From the human T2T-CHM13v2.0 reference genome, Homo sapiens, in assembly GCF_009914755.1 (NCBI RefSeq), contig NC_060925.1: a stretch of 64,000 nt of DNA. One strand, written 5' to 3'. Positions 38,361-51,379 of this stretch are shown piece after piece. Under the pieces are notes generated by a model. It was not told the origin of the DNA and searched no databases. It was given only the letters and a program-made list of their open reading frames with translations. The translations under genes were made by a program, and so were the position numbers. Numbering within the stretch: the first letter of the stretch is position 1; each line of letters starts with the position of its first letter.

Positions 38361-39510
38361 TCATTTAATCTAAAAAAAGGAAGAATCAAAACTGTATATG
38401 TTAAAAATAAACATTTTTTATTAAAGAAAGGCTTGAAATTTGCAACACAGTTTTGTGTTAATCTCTTTGGAATTGTTTAATTATTTGTTTACTTTTTTTG
38501 CTATACATCTGTGTCCTCAAATTTTTCTAAAATTGAAATTCATTTATTTTTATTACCAACTAAAAATTTATTAGATTTTAAGGACCTAGGAAGAATATTT
38601 ATTAAACTCATTCCTCTTGTGCAAAAGCTTGACTGGAAAATCATAAATGTGAATGCTTATAAGTAAGAAAGAGTGAAGACCAGAAAAAAGGAGAAAGAAA
38701 TAGGAGGATTAAAAATACAAGTGTGTATTATTAATAATATATTTTGAAGATGTAGATACGATCAACCAGAATTTTGAGTTTGGTAAGGTGGAAACTAAAA
38801 TACCTAATTATGAAAAAGTATCATTAATATATCCTCCAAGATCAAAGGGAAAATAAATGAGAGCATGTTGCAAAGTAAAAATATGCATAACAATGTAAAG
38901 TTTATTTTTTAACTGAGAATCATGAAGCCCAGCAGTTTATAAAAAAGGATGTGTCCTGATCCTAGGTGAAAAGTCCATTAGCAGAGGTACTATCTGACAC
39001 TTTTACTCAGAGAATGAGGTAATGGCAAGGGATGCATTCTGTTGACAGCAACTAGTATTCAAAATTTTTGATCTATACTAATCAAAATTGTGTTTCGCCT
39101 GGGATTTTTGGACTTGGAAATCAATGAAAGCAAATGTTATTCAGCTTCTAATTGGATCTCCTTCTTCATGCTGACTGTGAATGAATCCGATCTGGCAAAA
39201 CAAGTATTTGGTGTAATTTGTGAGCAAGAAGAGTATATTTTTACTTGACTTCAGGAGAGCAGCAGATCACTGCAACTTATTCTGAACAGTCTCTAAACAT
39301 TATTGACTAGTACTTAGTATTGTAATAATACTATGCATACCAACCTGGAGGTTTGTAACTGAGGACCTTGTTCCTTTCTTTAACTGTCTTTTTTCTCTAA
39401 TTTTTTTACCCAGTGTGGTATTTCTGCAATGAGAGTGAAATGCCTAATTTGTTATTGAAATAAAGTACTGTATAACTTTATTATAAACAACTGGCAGATT
39501 CTTACCAGTA

Positions 39511-41374
39511 CAGGCATACCTCAGAAATATTGTGGGTTCAGTTCCAGACCACCACAATAAAGGGAATATCACCATAAAGTGAGTAATAAAGTTTTTTGTT
39601 TTCTCAGTGCATTTAAAAGTTATGTTTACCCTATACTACAGTCTATTAAGTGAGCAATAGCATTATGTCAAAAAATGTGCATAACTTTAATTTAAAATAC
39701 TTTATTGCTGAAAATGCTAATGATCATCTGAGTCTCAGGGAATCATAATATGTTTGCTGGTGGAGGGTCTTGCATCGATGTTGCTGGCTTCTGATTGGTC
39801 AGGATGCTCGTTGCTGAATATTGGGGTGGCTGTGGCAATTTCTAAAAATAAGAGAACAAGGAAGTTTGCTGTATCTTTGACTTCCTTTCACCAAAGATTT
39901 CTCTACGATGGGATGCTGTTTCATGGCATTTTACCCATAGTACAACTTCTTTCAAAATTGGACTCAGTCCTTTCAAATTGTGCCACTGCTTAATTAACTA
40001 ATTTTATGAAAGATTCTAAACCTTTGTTATCATTTCAACGTTTGTGACATCTTCACCAGGAGTAGATTTCTTCTCAAGAAACAATTTTCTTTGCCCATCC
40101 ACAAGAAGTAACTCCTCATCTGTTTATGTTTTATGAAATTTCAGCAGTTCAGTCACCTCTTCAGGCTCCACTTCTAATTCTCTTGCTGTTTCCATTACAT
40201 CTGAAGTTACTTCCTCTATAGAGCTCTAGAATTATTTGAAGTTATCCATAATGATTAGAATCAACTTCATCCAAATTCCCATTAATATTGATATTTTGAC
40301 CTGCCATAAATGTTCTTAATGGTATCTAGAATGATGAATTCTTTTCAGAGGATTTTAATTAGTTTCCCCAGTTTCATCAGAGGAATCACTAGGCAGTCAC
40401 AGCCTTACTTGATGTATTATTTTAAAGAATAAGAGTTGGAAGTCAAAATTAATCTTTGACCCATAGATTATGGACGCTGTGTTAGCTGAAAAAACATTAA
40501 CCTTATACATCTTCATCAAAGATCTTGGCTAACTAGGTGCATTGTCAGTGAGCAGTAATATTTTGAAAGGAATCTTTTTTGAGTAGTAGATCTCAAGAGT
40601 GGGCTTAAAATATCCAGTAAACCATACTGTAAACGGATATGTTGTCATCTAGGCTTTGTTGTTCCATTTATAGAAACAGGCAGAGGAGATTTAGCATAAT
40701 CTTTAAGGGCCCTAGAATTTTTGAAATGGTAAATGAACATTAGCTTCAACTTAAAGTTGCCAGTTGCATTAACCCCTAACAAGAGAGTCAGCCTGTCCTT
40801 TGAAGCTTTGAAGCCAAGCATTGACATCTTCTCTTGAGCTGCGAATGTCCTAGATGGCATCTTCTTCCAATAGAAGGCTGTTTTGTCTACATTGAAAATC
40901 TGTTGTTTAGTGCAGCCAGCCTCATGAATGATCTTAGCTAGATCTTCTGGATAACTGGTTACAGCTTCTACATCATCACTTGCTGCTTCACCTTGCACTT
41001 TTATATTATGGAGACGACTTCTTTCCTTAAACCCCATGAACCAACTCCTAGCTCCAAAAATTTCTTCTGCGGTTTCCTCACTTCTCTGGAACATTCATAG
41101 AATTGAAGAGAGTTATGGCTTTGCTCTGGTTTAAGCTTTGCCTTAAGAAAGTGTTGTGGCTAGTTTGATTTTCTATCCACATCACTCAAACTTTCTCCAT
41201 ATTGGCCATAGAGCTGTTTTGCTTTTGTATTATTATATGTTCACTGGAGTAGCATTTTAATTGTATTCAATACATTTTCTTTTATAATCATAATTTGGCT
41301 AACTGGTGCAAGAGGCCTAGCTTTGGCCCTTCTCAACTTTCAATATGCCTTCTTCACTAAGCTTAAACATTTCT
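39511..41374 (-). mobile_element. Tigger1 DNA transposon, one end missing
   Basis: TA plus terminal repeat CAGGCATACCTC at 39509-39522, and pogo/CENP-B-type transposase remnants. No second terminal repeat is seen. Confidence 0.93.
40645..41094 (-). pseudogene. Tigger1 transposase fragment
   Basis: [25 protein letters not shown]...[21 protein letters not shown]...[14 protein letters not shown]. Confidence 0.9.
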
Positions 41375-41389
41375 ACCTTGCCAAGATAG

Positions 41390-41850
41390 AAATCGAGGGC
41401 CCAATAGGAGGTTTTGCAGCAATGCAAGTGAGACATAATGGTAATTTAGACATAGTTGTAACAGTGAAGGTGGTAAAAAATAATTAGATCCTGGATATAT
41501 TTTAAAGTTAGAGCAAACAAAATAAAAACAATTTGGATGTGTGGAATAAGATAGAGATATCCCAGAAAGACTCTTCATTTTTGATCTGAAGAACTGGAAT
41601 TTCAGAGTACTTAATAATAGAGCCTCAAAATACGTGAAACAAAAACTGATCAAACTGAAGGGGGAAATAGACAAATTCACAATTATAAATGGAGACTTAG
41701 CTCTCTCCTAAAAATAACTAATAGAACAAGTAGACTAAAAATTCAATAAGGATACAAAAGACATAAGTAACACTATCAACCAACTTGACCCCATCTGCTT
41801 AATAAAATATTATGGCAAACAATTGCACAATACCGTATCTTTTCTATTGC
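41390..41850. mobile_element. L2 fragment (about 41390-41605) followed by an L1M ORF2 endonuclease fragment (about 41610-41850, plus strand)
   Basis: GATCCTGGATATATTTTAAAGTTAGAGC (L2). AGAGCCTCAAAATACGTGAAACAAAAACTGAT...GAAATAGACAAATTCACAATTATA (L1). Confidence 0.65.
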
Positions 41851-42597
41851 ATCTCAACATTTTAAAAATTATTATCCCCTGCCCTGAGAAAAATTAAATT
41901 TAAATTCTCCCTAATAAGGTAAATTAAGTCTCAATTGTCTTTCTAATGAGAGAAATTAAGTCTTACATAATACGTGTCAGATAAGGTTGAGTTTTGGAGT
42001 GCCACACATCATTGTAATATTCAAGCTTTTTTCACTTATTACCAATAATCAACTTTCATCCCCTTGAGGCCAATATCACCCTATTAAGAATATCACCCTA
42101 TTAAGTACCCATGTACTGCAGAGTTGCAGTCATAAGGACAGTTCAATTCCATGTATAGAAATTCTAGAATGAGCAAAATTAATCCTATAATGATAGCAAT
42201 TATTTTAAAAAGTGGTTGCCTACAGGGGGTGGAGGCACAGGTAAATTTCAGGAGTGATAGAAATATTCCATATCTGCATTGTCTGATTGTGATACTGGTA
42301 TCCCATTTGTCATATCTCATGAAACTTTTTACTTGAAATCACTATATATAGATTTTTCCTCAATTTAAAGATTGATTATAAATATCATAATTTAACTTAA
42401 AAGAATATATTTTTATAAATTTGTCTTCAAACTAAATATCTACAAATTTTTGTACATAAATAAAATGTTAAATACATGCTAGTAAGCATATAAGAACTCT
42501 TGATATTCAGTGATAAAATATTTTCACTCTGCTTTCTAAATATTATATGAAGATTAAATCCAAGAAAGAAGAGATGGCATAAAGAATAGTATATGGA

Positions 42598-42708
42598 AAG
42601 TGAAAAACAGAATGGCTGTATGGGCACTTGAAGCATGGTTTCTACTGAATGCATATTGCTTTCACACCAGCATAAAGTCAAAAAATCCTAAGTTGGAGAC
42701 TATCTATC
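42598..42708 (+). mobile_element. MER47/Tigger5-like terminal fragment
   Basis: GGTTTCTACTGAATGCATATTGCTTTCACACCAGCATAAAGTCAAAAAATC. Confidence 0.6.
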
Positions 42709-42964
42709 TATCCTTTTTGGTTTAGACACTTCTCAGGGATGGTGCTGTAAATGACCTCTTAGTTCATCTATATAGGAGCAGTGTTAGGTAAAAACATAGA
42801 ACAGATCTAAATTTCTTAGGTTCAGATGATTTAAGAGTTTCTTTTTTAATTTATTCATATATACACTCATGATGAGTTCATTCATCAGTCATTTTTCACT
42901 CCTTTCTCTAGGAAGCAACAGGAAGTTGCTTAAATTAGAATACCCAGATTCTAGTTCTATTTTA

Positions 42965-43185
<221 letters not shown>

Positions 43186-43192
43186 AACCAAA

Positions 43193-43239
43193 ACACACAC
43201 ACACACACACACACACGCTCACACACACTCACACACACA
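43193..43239 (+). repeat. (CA)n microsatellite, interrupted
   Basis: Direct reading of the sequence. Confidence 0.95.
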
Positions 43240-44410
43240 TCAGCTTTGAAGCTTGGAGGGCTGGCTGGCTGTCACGAATGATGCCGGTGACTGGACAAAG
43301 GGTCCAGTGATTTAGTGCCTACCTGTCATGCCTAAGGAAAATGCTGAGCTCTCTGACACTTTTGCCTATTTTCTCTGGACTCTGCAGATTCTTTCATCTC
43401 AGAACAGAGCATGGGCTGAAGGCAAACAGAGACAATGAATGCTATGGATGTGTAGTGTTCATTCAATCTATTTGCTTCAGCCTCTTGAAACATGCTGAAT
43501 TGTGGAAGGGGCAGTGGAAAGGGAAAATCTACAAGCAGAGACTTTATCTTGAACTCCATTATTGATTTTGGAATGAGACCTGGAAAATGCTTATTTATGA
43601 CCACCTGGATTCCATCATTAAAAATGAATTTTAGAGTGGAATAACTATTTGTTTCATTTTCTTGGCTTTGACATGACAATGCATTTGGTACATATGAAGT
43701 CATATTGCTTTATTGTGCAAGAGAAATTAATATAACCTCAAATCAGTCTTTTCAGACTCATTTTTCAAACAAGTGTCCTGGTTTTGTTGGAAACTGATAT
43801 CCTATACATTGGCAATGTGTAGGAAAACTGTTACTTTTTGATTGTGTGCAAAAGTAAATGAGATGTCATAAAATCAATCAGCTGTGTAAAGGATTGTCTG
43901 TCTTCTGTAATGAATGGTTTCCTCTTAACATTTGGTTAATTTTTCTTGCTGTGATTAAAAAGTGTCTCTTGAATTCAAGCTATAGATGATATGTGAGATT
44001 AGCAGCCACTTATAATAATGTCACCTTGCTACTCTGACTGCTTTTGAAGTTGATTTTGGGCTACAACATATTTTTAAAAGGCCTTGTTTCAGTGACAATG
44101 TTGCCACCAGCTGAGGTTTCTTCTTTTTCATTTCTGGAAAATAACTGCAGGATCTTTGGGAAAACTCAGATTGCTTGTTCAACTCTAGTTTGAAGGAGGT
44201 ACCACTTCCCTCTTCATATGACTGAACTGGGAGCCCTAGCACTAGAATAATGAAATAGAGACCTAAAATAATACAGCAAAGAGAAGATAGACTCATCCAA
44301 CCTAATCCTTTCTTTTATATCTCAGGTAACAGAGGTCCACAGTGTGTAAATGGCTTCCCCAAAGTCATACATTGTATGTCTCCAGACTTAGCAACCAATA
44401 CCCTTTCCAT

Positions 44411-45516
44411 AGGCTCTACTATTAAATAAATAAAAGTAGTACATAGAAACTTTATGTTTTCTTTGTGTATCATTTGTCCCCCAGGCTTAATAATATTTGC
44501 AGATAAAATTACAGATGTACCAATTTTTTATCATTACTTACAAAAAATAGCCTTTGAAGGAACATGAGTGAGGAAACTCTTCAGCCACAAAAAATGTGTG
44601 TGCCACTCTGTGATTTCATCACTTTCCATTCTTTTAAATAAAAGAAACTTTCTTTTATTTAAAAATTAGAGCAATTTGGAAAGTCAGTTATATAAAATGT
44701 GATAACCATGAAATTATTATGCTTACCTCTGCACTGCTAGTTTCTGGGCCTTAATTATTAATTCTAATATCTGGAGCTCTTGGGATAAGCTACTGGTTAT
44801 AGCTCTTATGAATATGCCTACAGTTTATTTTGTTTCCCCTCTTACCATTGGTTAGGCAATTCATTCCTAAACCTTATGTTTTCTGCCTTGGAATTTGTAA
44901 ACTATCATGTACTTTTTCTGTATTGGTAAAAGGTCTTCCTTTCCCTGCCGTGGAAATGGTGGCCTTTCACTAAATGCTTAGAACCACTTAGATAGGCTCC
45001 TGTTTTACTGCCAGAACCTATTTCTTCCTAAATACATAAGTCTTTGATTGTATAACAAACAGGATTAAACAAATTGGACTCATTTCATCTGATTTAGCAA
45101 ACAGAATGGCTAGCCATTGGATGCAACTTCTAAAACTTCAATAAGCAATTGTCTCACACTATTATTATTTCTGGTATACCAATTCTCATCTATTACTAGT
45201 TACTTTTTGTACTAAATTATAGTGCTAGTGCTTTTCTTTGATGAACTTTAATGGAATTTTAAAATAGATTTTGAACTTAAATCAATACTGCATTTTTAAG
45301 AAGGCTCTACTATTAAATAAATAAAAGTAGCACATAGAAACTTCATGTTTTCTTTGAGTATCATTTGTCCCCCAGGCTTAATAATATTTGCAGATAAAAT
45401 TACAGACGTAACAACTTTTTTATCATTACTTACAAAAAATAGCCTTTGAAGGAACATGACTGAGGAAACTATTCAGCCATAAAAAATGTGTGTGCCACTC
45501 TGTGATTTCATCACTT
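44411..45516 (+). repeat. Local direct duplication of about 214 bp (44411-44624 and 45302-45516)
   Basis: About 9 differences by manual alignment. The sequence is not a repeat family I recognise. Confidence 0.95.
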
Positions 45517-45555
45517 ATGAAGGATATTAAAAAAGAAAAATATATATATGTATAT

Positions 45556-45825
45556 TTGAGACACCCAGGCTAGATCATGCAGTGGCATGATCGTAGCTCA
45601 CTATAGCCTCAATCTCCTGGGCTCAAGCAATCCTCCCTCCTCAGCCTCCTGAGTAGTTGGGACTACAGGTGCACACCAGCATGCCCAACTAAACTTTGAA
45701 AAATTTTGTAGACAGGAGGTCTCCCTATGTTGCCTATACTGGTCTCAAACACCTGGGCTCCAGCAGTCCTCCTGCCTCAGCCTCCCAAAGTGCTGCGAAT
45801 ACAGGCATGAGACACCACACCTGGC
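45556..45825 (-). mobile_element. AluJ
   Basis: GCTCACTATAGCCTCAATCTCCTGGGCTCAAGCAATCCTCCC, J-type diagnostic positions. Confidence 0.9.
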
Positions 45826-46811
45826 AGATTATATAATTTTAAAAGTTACCCAGGAAATAACATAAACTCTGCTCTTCTGTTAGGATAATATAATTTTAAA
45901 TAAAAATTAATATGGTAATACAGTGAGTTATTTTCATATTGAACCCAAATCTAAGTCCTCTAGCAAAGCATTTTCTATTGACTTACTTTAATACAGAACA
46001 TTTAGCTCATAGATAAATTAATGCTAGCTATCACATATTTCCCTTTGCATAGTTCCCCCTGCCTTGATCTGGGACCAGCTATAAGTTATTTGGTTGTGTT
46101 TATTAGCTCTTAGAAAATGCTTTCACAACCTGGCAGATTTTTTGCATAACTGCATGCCATGCATTGCATCTCAATGAGTGACTTTCTCAGCACTGAAATT
46201 TAGAGTTTCTTATTGTGCATTAACAAATTGTACAGTCGTGCTGCTGACCTAGCTAATTTGAGGAAAAGGTCTTCTCTAAAGCCAAGTGCTGCTACCAAAT
46301 ACTAACTTTGTTTTAATGATCTTCTATTGAGCAAAATAACAACAACAACAACAACAAAAACCCAGAAAACTCGGTCATACCTCATAAGGTCAGACCCATC
46401 ACACACAGAGTCCACATATATTATTAAAGACTGGCTGTGCCAAGTAATTATGTCCAATCTGATTTGTAGCCTTAAACTATCAGGGATAAGTGTAAGTAGA
46501 ACCATGTGAAAACTCTTCACCCATGTCTAAATTCTTTCTTTAGAATATCACTCTGGAGTACTATAGTAGTAACCACATTCCTGAAATACGGTTTAGTAGC
46601 ATTTCCCCTGCTTATTTCTCTCCTTCCTCTACCACCAAGTAGGATTTTCTATTCTTGATTACATAACAGACAGTGGATTTTAGAGTAGCCCAGAACCCCA
46701 GAGAACCAACTTGGAGCTTTGAGAATGGCTGGTTTTACACCCAGACTATACTCTGTACTTCTTCCCCATTTGGAGCTTACTTCATTTTGTTGCTATATAT
46801 AGGTTTAGCTC

Positions 46812-47242
46812 TGTGACAGTAGCAGATATGGCTAAGCTACATCTCCTCCTTTCATAGAATGAAGTTGTTGCTGGAAGTTCTACTGAGTTAGGAACTACAT
46901 GTCCTGAACCTTATGCATCCAGGTTAAATAATTTTCATCAACGGAACATGAATGGGATGGTCACTTTTGGACCAGGGTTCCTAAAAGTTAGTTATGTCTT
47001 CTCGAATGTCTCTCCCACTCTCTCCCTTTTCTCTTCTGCTGGTTGGAGCAGAAGACACAGAATTTTAAGGCAATCCAGTGCCACAAGACAGGAGTCTGTT
47101 TCTCTGAATGACTCTATCAAGGAAAGCCTGTCAAATAGGGACTATCACCTTAGAGTTTTGCATGAGAAATACACATCTATTGGGTTTGGGCATGGACATT
47201 TGGTGGTTTATTTGTTACAGCAGCTAGCATTTCCTAACTATA
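46812..47242 (+). mobile_element. Old MLT1 (J/K-like) LTR
   Basis: GAACTACATGTCCTGAACCTT near the start and end TTTATTTGTTACAGCAGCTAGCATTTCCTAACTATAATA. Confidence 0.55.
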
Positions 47243-47931
47243 ATAGTTTCATATGCTTTTATGTGTTTTCCAAGAAGTAAAAGTGATTCATTTTTGAAAC
47301 TTCTTACATGCTCAATTCCCACTCAGTATCTAGCATAGTATTTTCATACTAAATGGGTAAAAATAAAACTGTTCCTTATTGAATACTAGTTATGTGGTAA
47401 TCACTATGCTAATAGATTTTCTTATATTACACAATAATCTTTAAAACATGTCACAAAATCATTACAAGGAAACTTGAAGAAATATAATCTCTCCATGAAC
47501 ACAGAGAGATTGTGTACATTGCTCAAGGTTATAGTTAATAAGAGTTTAAACCCATGTTGTCTAATTTCATATTTCTTTTGCACTAAACTCAACTGTGTCT
47601 TTGCAAATTTCACTTATGGAGAGATTTCTCTAGGCTAGCTTTTTGTTTTCACAAGTCGTCTCATTTAATCATCAAACAAGCATATGCAGAAGGTAGTCAA
47701 TCACAGAAGAGACAAGACTATTTTATACAGTGTATACAATTAAGCATTTTTTGACCACTTGCACTACGTACAGCTTAATGATATGTGAAATCCAAAGAAA
47801 ATAGATTTATTTTCTCTTTTAGAGAGTGGTTAGGTAGCCAAACACTAAACGCAACTGGAGAACTTAAGTCATAATAGAACATTAAAAGCAAGATAGCCTG
47901 TAACTTGGATGTGCAAGACTTAACCAGAAAG

Positions 47932-48429
47932 ATATTAGATTAATTTGAGGGCTTCCACAACAAAGTACCAGAAACTAGGTGGCTCAAACAACAGAAATTT
48001 ATTGTCTCATGGTTCTGGAGACTATAAATCTAAGATAAATTCGTTGGAAGGGTTGATTTTTCTGAGGGTTGTGAGAGAGAATCTATTGTGCCATGCTTCT
48101 TGCCCACTTTCTGGTGGTTTGCTGATAATCTTTCACATTCCTTGGCTTGTAGAAGCATTACCCCAATCTCTGCCTTCATCTTCACATGGCATTCTCTCTG
48201 TGTGCATGTCTATCTCCTAATTTCTCCTTTTCGTAAGGACTGCACAAGGACTTAATTAATGCATATTCTAATAACCTCATTTTAATTTGATGACCTTTGT
48301 AAGATCCTATCTCCAAATAAGGTCACATTCTGAGGTACCTGAGATTGGGGCTTCATCATATGATTTGTGTGTGTGTGTGTGCATGTGTGTGTGTGTGTGT
48401 GTGGAGGAGACACAATTCAAACATAACAG
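47932..48429 (-). mobile_element. MLT1C/B-like LTR containing (TG)n at 48366-48402
   Basis: ACAAAGTACCAGAAACTAGGTGGCTCAAACAACAGAAATTTATTGTCTCATGGTTCTGGAG...ACAATTCAAACATAACA. Confidence 0.8.
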
Positions 48430-49441
48430 ATAGTTACTCATTTACTTATTAAACACATAACCACGAAATACCTGCTGGATGCAAGGCACTGTTTTAGATG
48501 CTGGGAAAGTCAGCAGTGAACAAAACGGATAAGGTTCCTGCCCTAAGGACATGTTGTGTCATTAGTGCCTGTCTAGTCTAAGGTGCTGTCCACTGTACCC
48601 CTCTGGACTCCTTATGAATTATCTCTTCACATTATTATAACAATTTAATCTCATATTTCAAATAGCTAGAAGAAGATACAATCTGCCCTTTCAAAACCTG
48701 GAAGATAAATAAATCAGCTATATTTAATAAATAAATTCATTCTATCTAGTAGTAAAGTTTGCAAAGCGGCTTTTTTTTTCTTTTGGGCCCCAGCATGACA
48801 CTTAGTGAATTAATTTTGGCTGTTCATCAAATGACATAGCATACAACAAGGTAAGCAATGAACTCTTATTTAATGTAACATTGCTTTGCATTAATCTTGC
48901 ATTTCTAAATTATTAAAATGCTTTAAACACTCCAGGCCTGATACTTCTGGTGTTAAGCAATTTGCAAAATGATATACTAATGACCTTTCAAAAAGTTATT
49001 GCCACATCTGCTCTTTGTCAAGTGCAAGAGCCTAGTATATAGAAAATAATATTAAGCTCCAAGTGAATACAAGATAAAGGAAAGGAATATTGGGAAAAGG
49101 TTCAGCAGGGTTCAAAAGAAGGAGATTCTCATGGACAATGGCTAACAGGAGTTATTCCGAAAAGATGTGTATTTTAGAGCTTCTCCTAGAAGGAATCCAG
49201 AAATGGGCCTTTATGATATAAAGTGAAAAAATTAACACTTGATACTATAAAAGTCTGCCAATTTCTTGAGAAAAGAAAAATAAAAAATAGATTCTCCTCA
49301 GATATCCTCTTGGACCAGTAAGGCTCAGCACTCACTATTGTTGGCATCAAGGTGACATCTGTTGAATAGTAAGAGTGTTCCTCCATCTGAATATAGGACA
49401 GTTCGATGAAAACATTCTTAGAAACCCATTCCCAGACTTTT

Positions 49442-49712
49442 TTTTTTTTTTTGAGTCAGAGTTTCACTCGTGCAATGGTACAATCTCGGCTCACTGCAAC
49501 CTCCTGGGTTCAAGTGATTCTCCTGCCTCAGCCTCCCGAGTAGCTGAGACTACAAGCACAGGCCACCATGCTCAGCTAATTTTTGTGTTTTTAGTAGAGA
49601 TGGGGTTTCACCATGTTGGCCAGGCTGGTCTAGAACTCCTGACCTCCTGTGATCCACTCGCCTCTGCCTTCCAAAGTGCTGGGATTACAGGCATAAGCTA
49701 CCGCTCCCAGCC
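49442..49712 (-). mobile_element. AluS (Sq/Sp-like) with small deletions
   Basis: TSD CA(T/C)TCCCAGACTTTT at 49427-49441 and 49713-49727. Confidence 0.92.
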
Positions 49713-49779
49713 CACTCCCAGACTTTTTTGTTTCTTCTTCCTAGAACACCTTGCCTTACCCACACTTATCTTCTATTTG

Positions 49780-50350
49780 CCTAGCTGATCTTCTTAGCTT
49801 CAGTTGACAAATTTGAGTTACTACCTTTGAGAAGTTCTCCCTAAGTCCTCAATTATAGATTAATGTCCCCTGCTATTTGATCCCCTGACACAGTGCTACT
49901 TAGCCCTGTCACAGTCTCCACTAGCCTTCAGGGTAAATATCAACCCACTCATTTGTCTCTTCTACTACACAATGAACTTCAAGATAGAAATCGCATTTGT
50001 TTCACTGTTGTAAACCTGGTGGCTGGAACATAGAATTTCTCAGTGTTAACTTGTCAAAAGAAAAAGTTACAATGATAAACACTGTATCCAATTATTTTTC
50101 TAATAACCTTGTTATATTTAACTTAACACTAGAAAGGCACAGTGTAGAGTGAATTCGTAACTAAACGAATAGGGATTTTCATTCACTCTTGCTGTTCTAT
50201 CATTCATAGTTGGGTGAGTTTTGAGAAGTCAAACTTGCTGAGACTTAGGCTCTTCATGAATAAGATATAAATTACAATAATAGTCTTACTTCACATGTTG
50301 AAGATTACTTGAGACATGTATGTGAAAATGTTTGTGATAGGCTATATAAG
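49780..50350 (+). mobile_element. L2 3' fragment (about 49780-50050) and MIR (about 50135-50350)
   Basis: Degenerate L2 tail and MIR core motifs. Confidence 0.55.
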
Positions 50351-50802
50351 TATTAGGTTTGTTCTTATCACTTAAAAAAAAGGTCACACATCAGGAGGCA
50401 TGAAATCCACTTTCGAAAGTAAGTATGCAAAGATCCCCAAATTCGTTTTTTTGCTAAAAGTGCTTTTGGTAAATTATCCTCTATATCATCATCAACAAAT
50501 ATTTACTGAACTCATACTGGAAATAAAATTTCTTTCCTTGCATCAAAAACATTTGCATTTTGGGTGAAAGCACAGGAGGCTTGGTATTGTCAAATGCATT
50601 TTTCAATTAAATGATAAGTCATCTGACCCTTTTCACTTTCTAGATTGCAGCCTTTGGAAGACATTTGTTCAGAATAGAATCTTAATGTTGTTGTTGTTTT
50701 CTCACTAAGCTCAGAGAAATTTTTGTGAGATAAAGTAATGAAACCTACCACTCTTTTTGACTCTTTTTATTATCTTTTCCTTGTGGCACAATATCAGTTT
50801 AC

Positions 50803-51268
50803 TGTTTTAGTTTCCTATCACTGCTGTAATCAATTACCACACAATTAACGGCTTGAAAGTACCCATTTTTTTTCTCTTACAAATCTGGAGTTCACCTAAA
50901 ATCAAAATGTTGGCAGTACTGTGTAACTTCTGGGGGCTTCACTGAGGAATCAATTCTCTTGCCTATTTCTGTTTCTAGAGGCTGCCTGCATTCCTTGGAT
51001 CATCATCTCTTTTTTTTGTACCATTTGTACGTCTTGCTTCCATTGTCACATCTCATGACCCTCTTGCATTCTCCTCATAAGGACACTTGTGAATACCTTG
51101 GACCTACCTGTCTAAGCCAGAATAATCTCCCCATCTCAAAATTTTTAATTTAATCACAACTACACTCCCTTTTGTAATGTAAGGTATCATATTCACAGGT
51201 TCTAGAGATTTAGACCTCCTTGAATCCTAATGAAATCTTTGGGAGACCATAATTCTGTCTACTTCAAT
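50803..51268 (-). mobile_element. MLT1/MST-type LTR
   Basis: TGTTTTAGTTTCCTATCACTGCTGTAATCAATTACCACA...TAAGGTATCATATTCACAGGTTCTAGAGATT. Confidence 0.7.
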
Positions 51269-51379
51269 GCTCAAAACCTTTTGTTCTTTTTGGACTATTG
51301 CTTCTAAAAGCACCAGATTCACTATCATCTGTGATTATAAATAATCCCTTTTGGGTTGCATTAGGTATCTGAATTCGAT

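Noticed and set aside
40645-41094. Domesticated TIGD-like transposase gene
   Set aside because: Only 149 codons within a decayed, truncated Tigger1 copy. The flanking transposase sequence is disrupted.
44021-44296. Secreted peptide with a signal-like N-terminus (MSLSSLCCIILGLYFIILVLG)
   Set aside because: The hydrophobic stretch is the translation of a T-rich tract that reads better as a splice acceptor. No family similarity is recognised, so it is kept only as an exon candidate.
49375-49788. 137-aa ORF and similar ORFs at 52929-53274, 55155-55535 and 62671-62895
   Set aside because: They are translations of Alu sequence.
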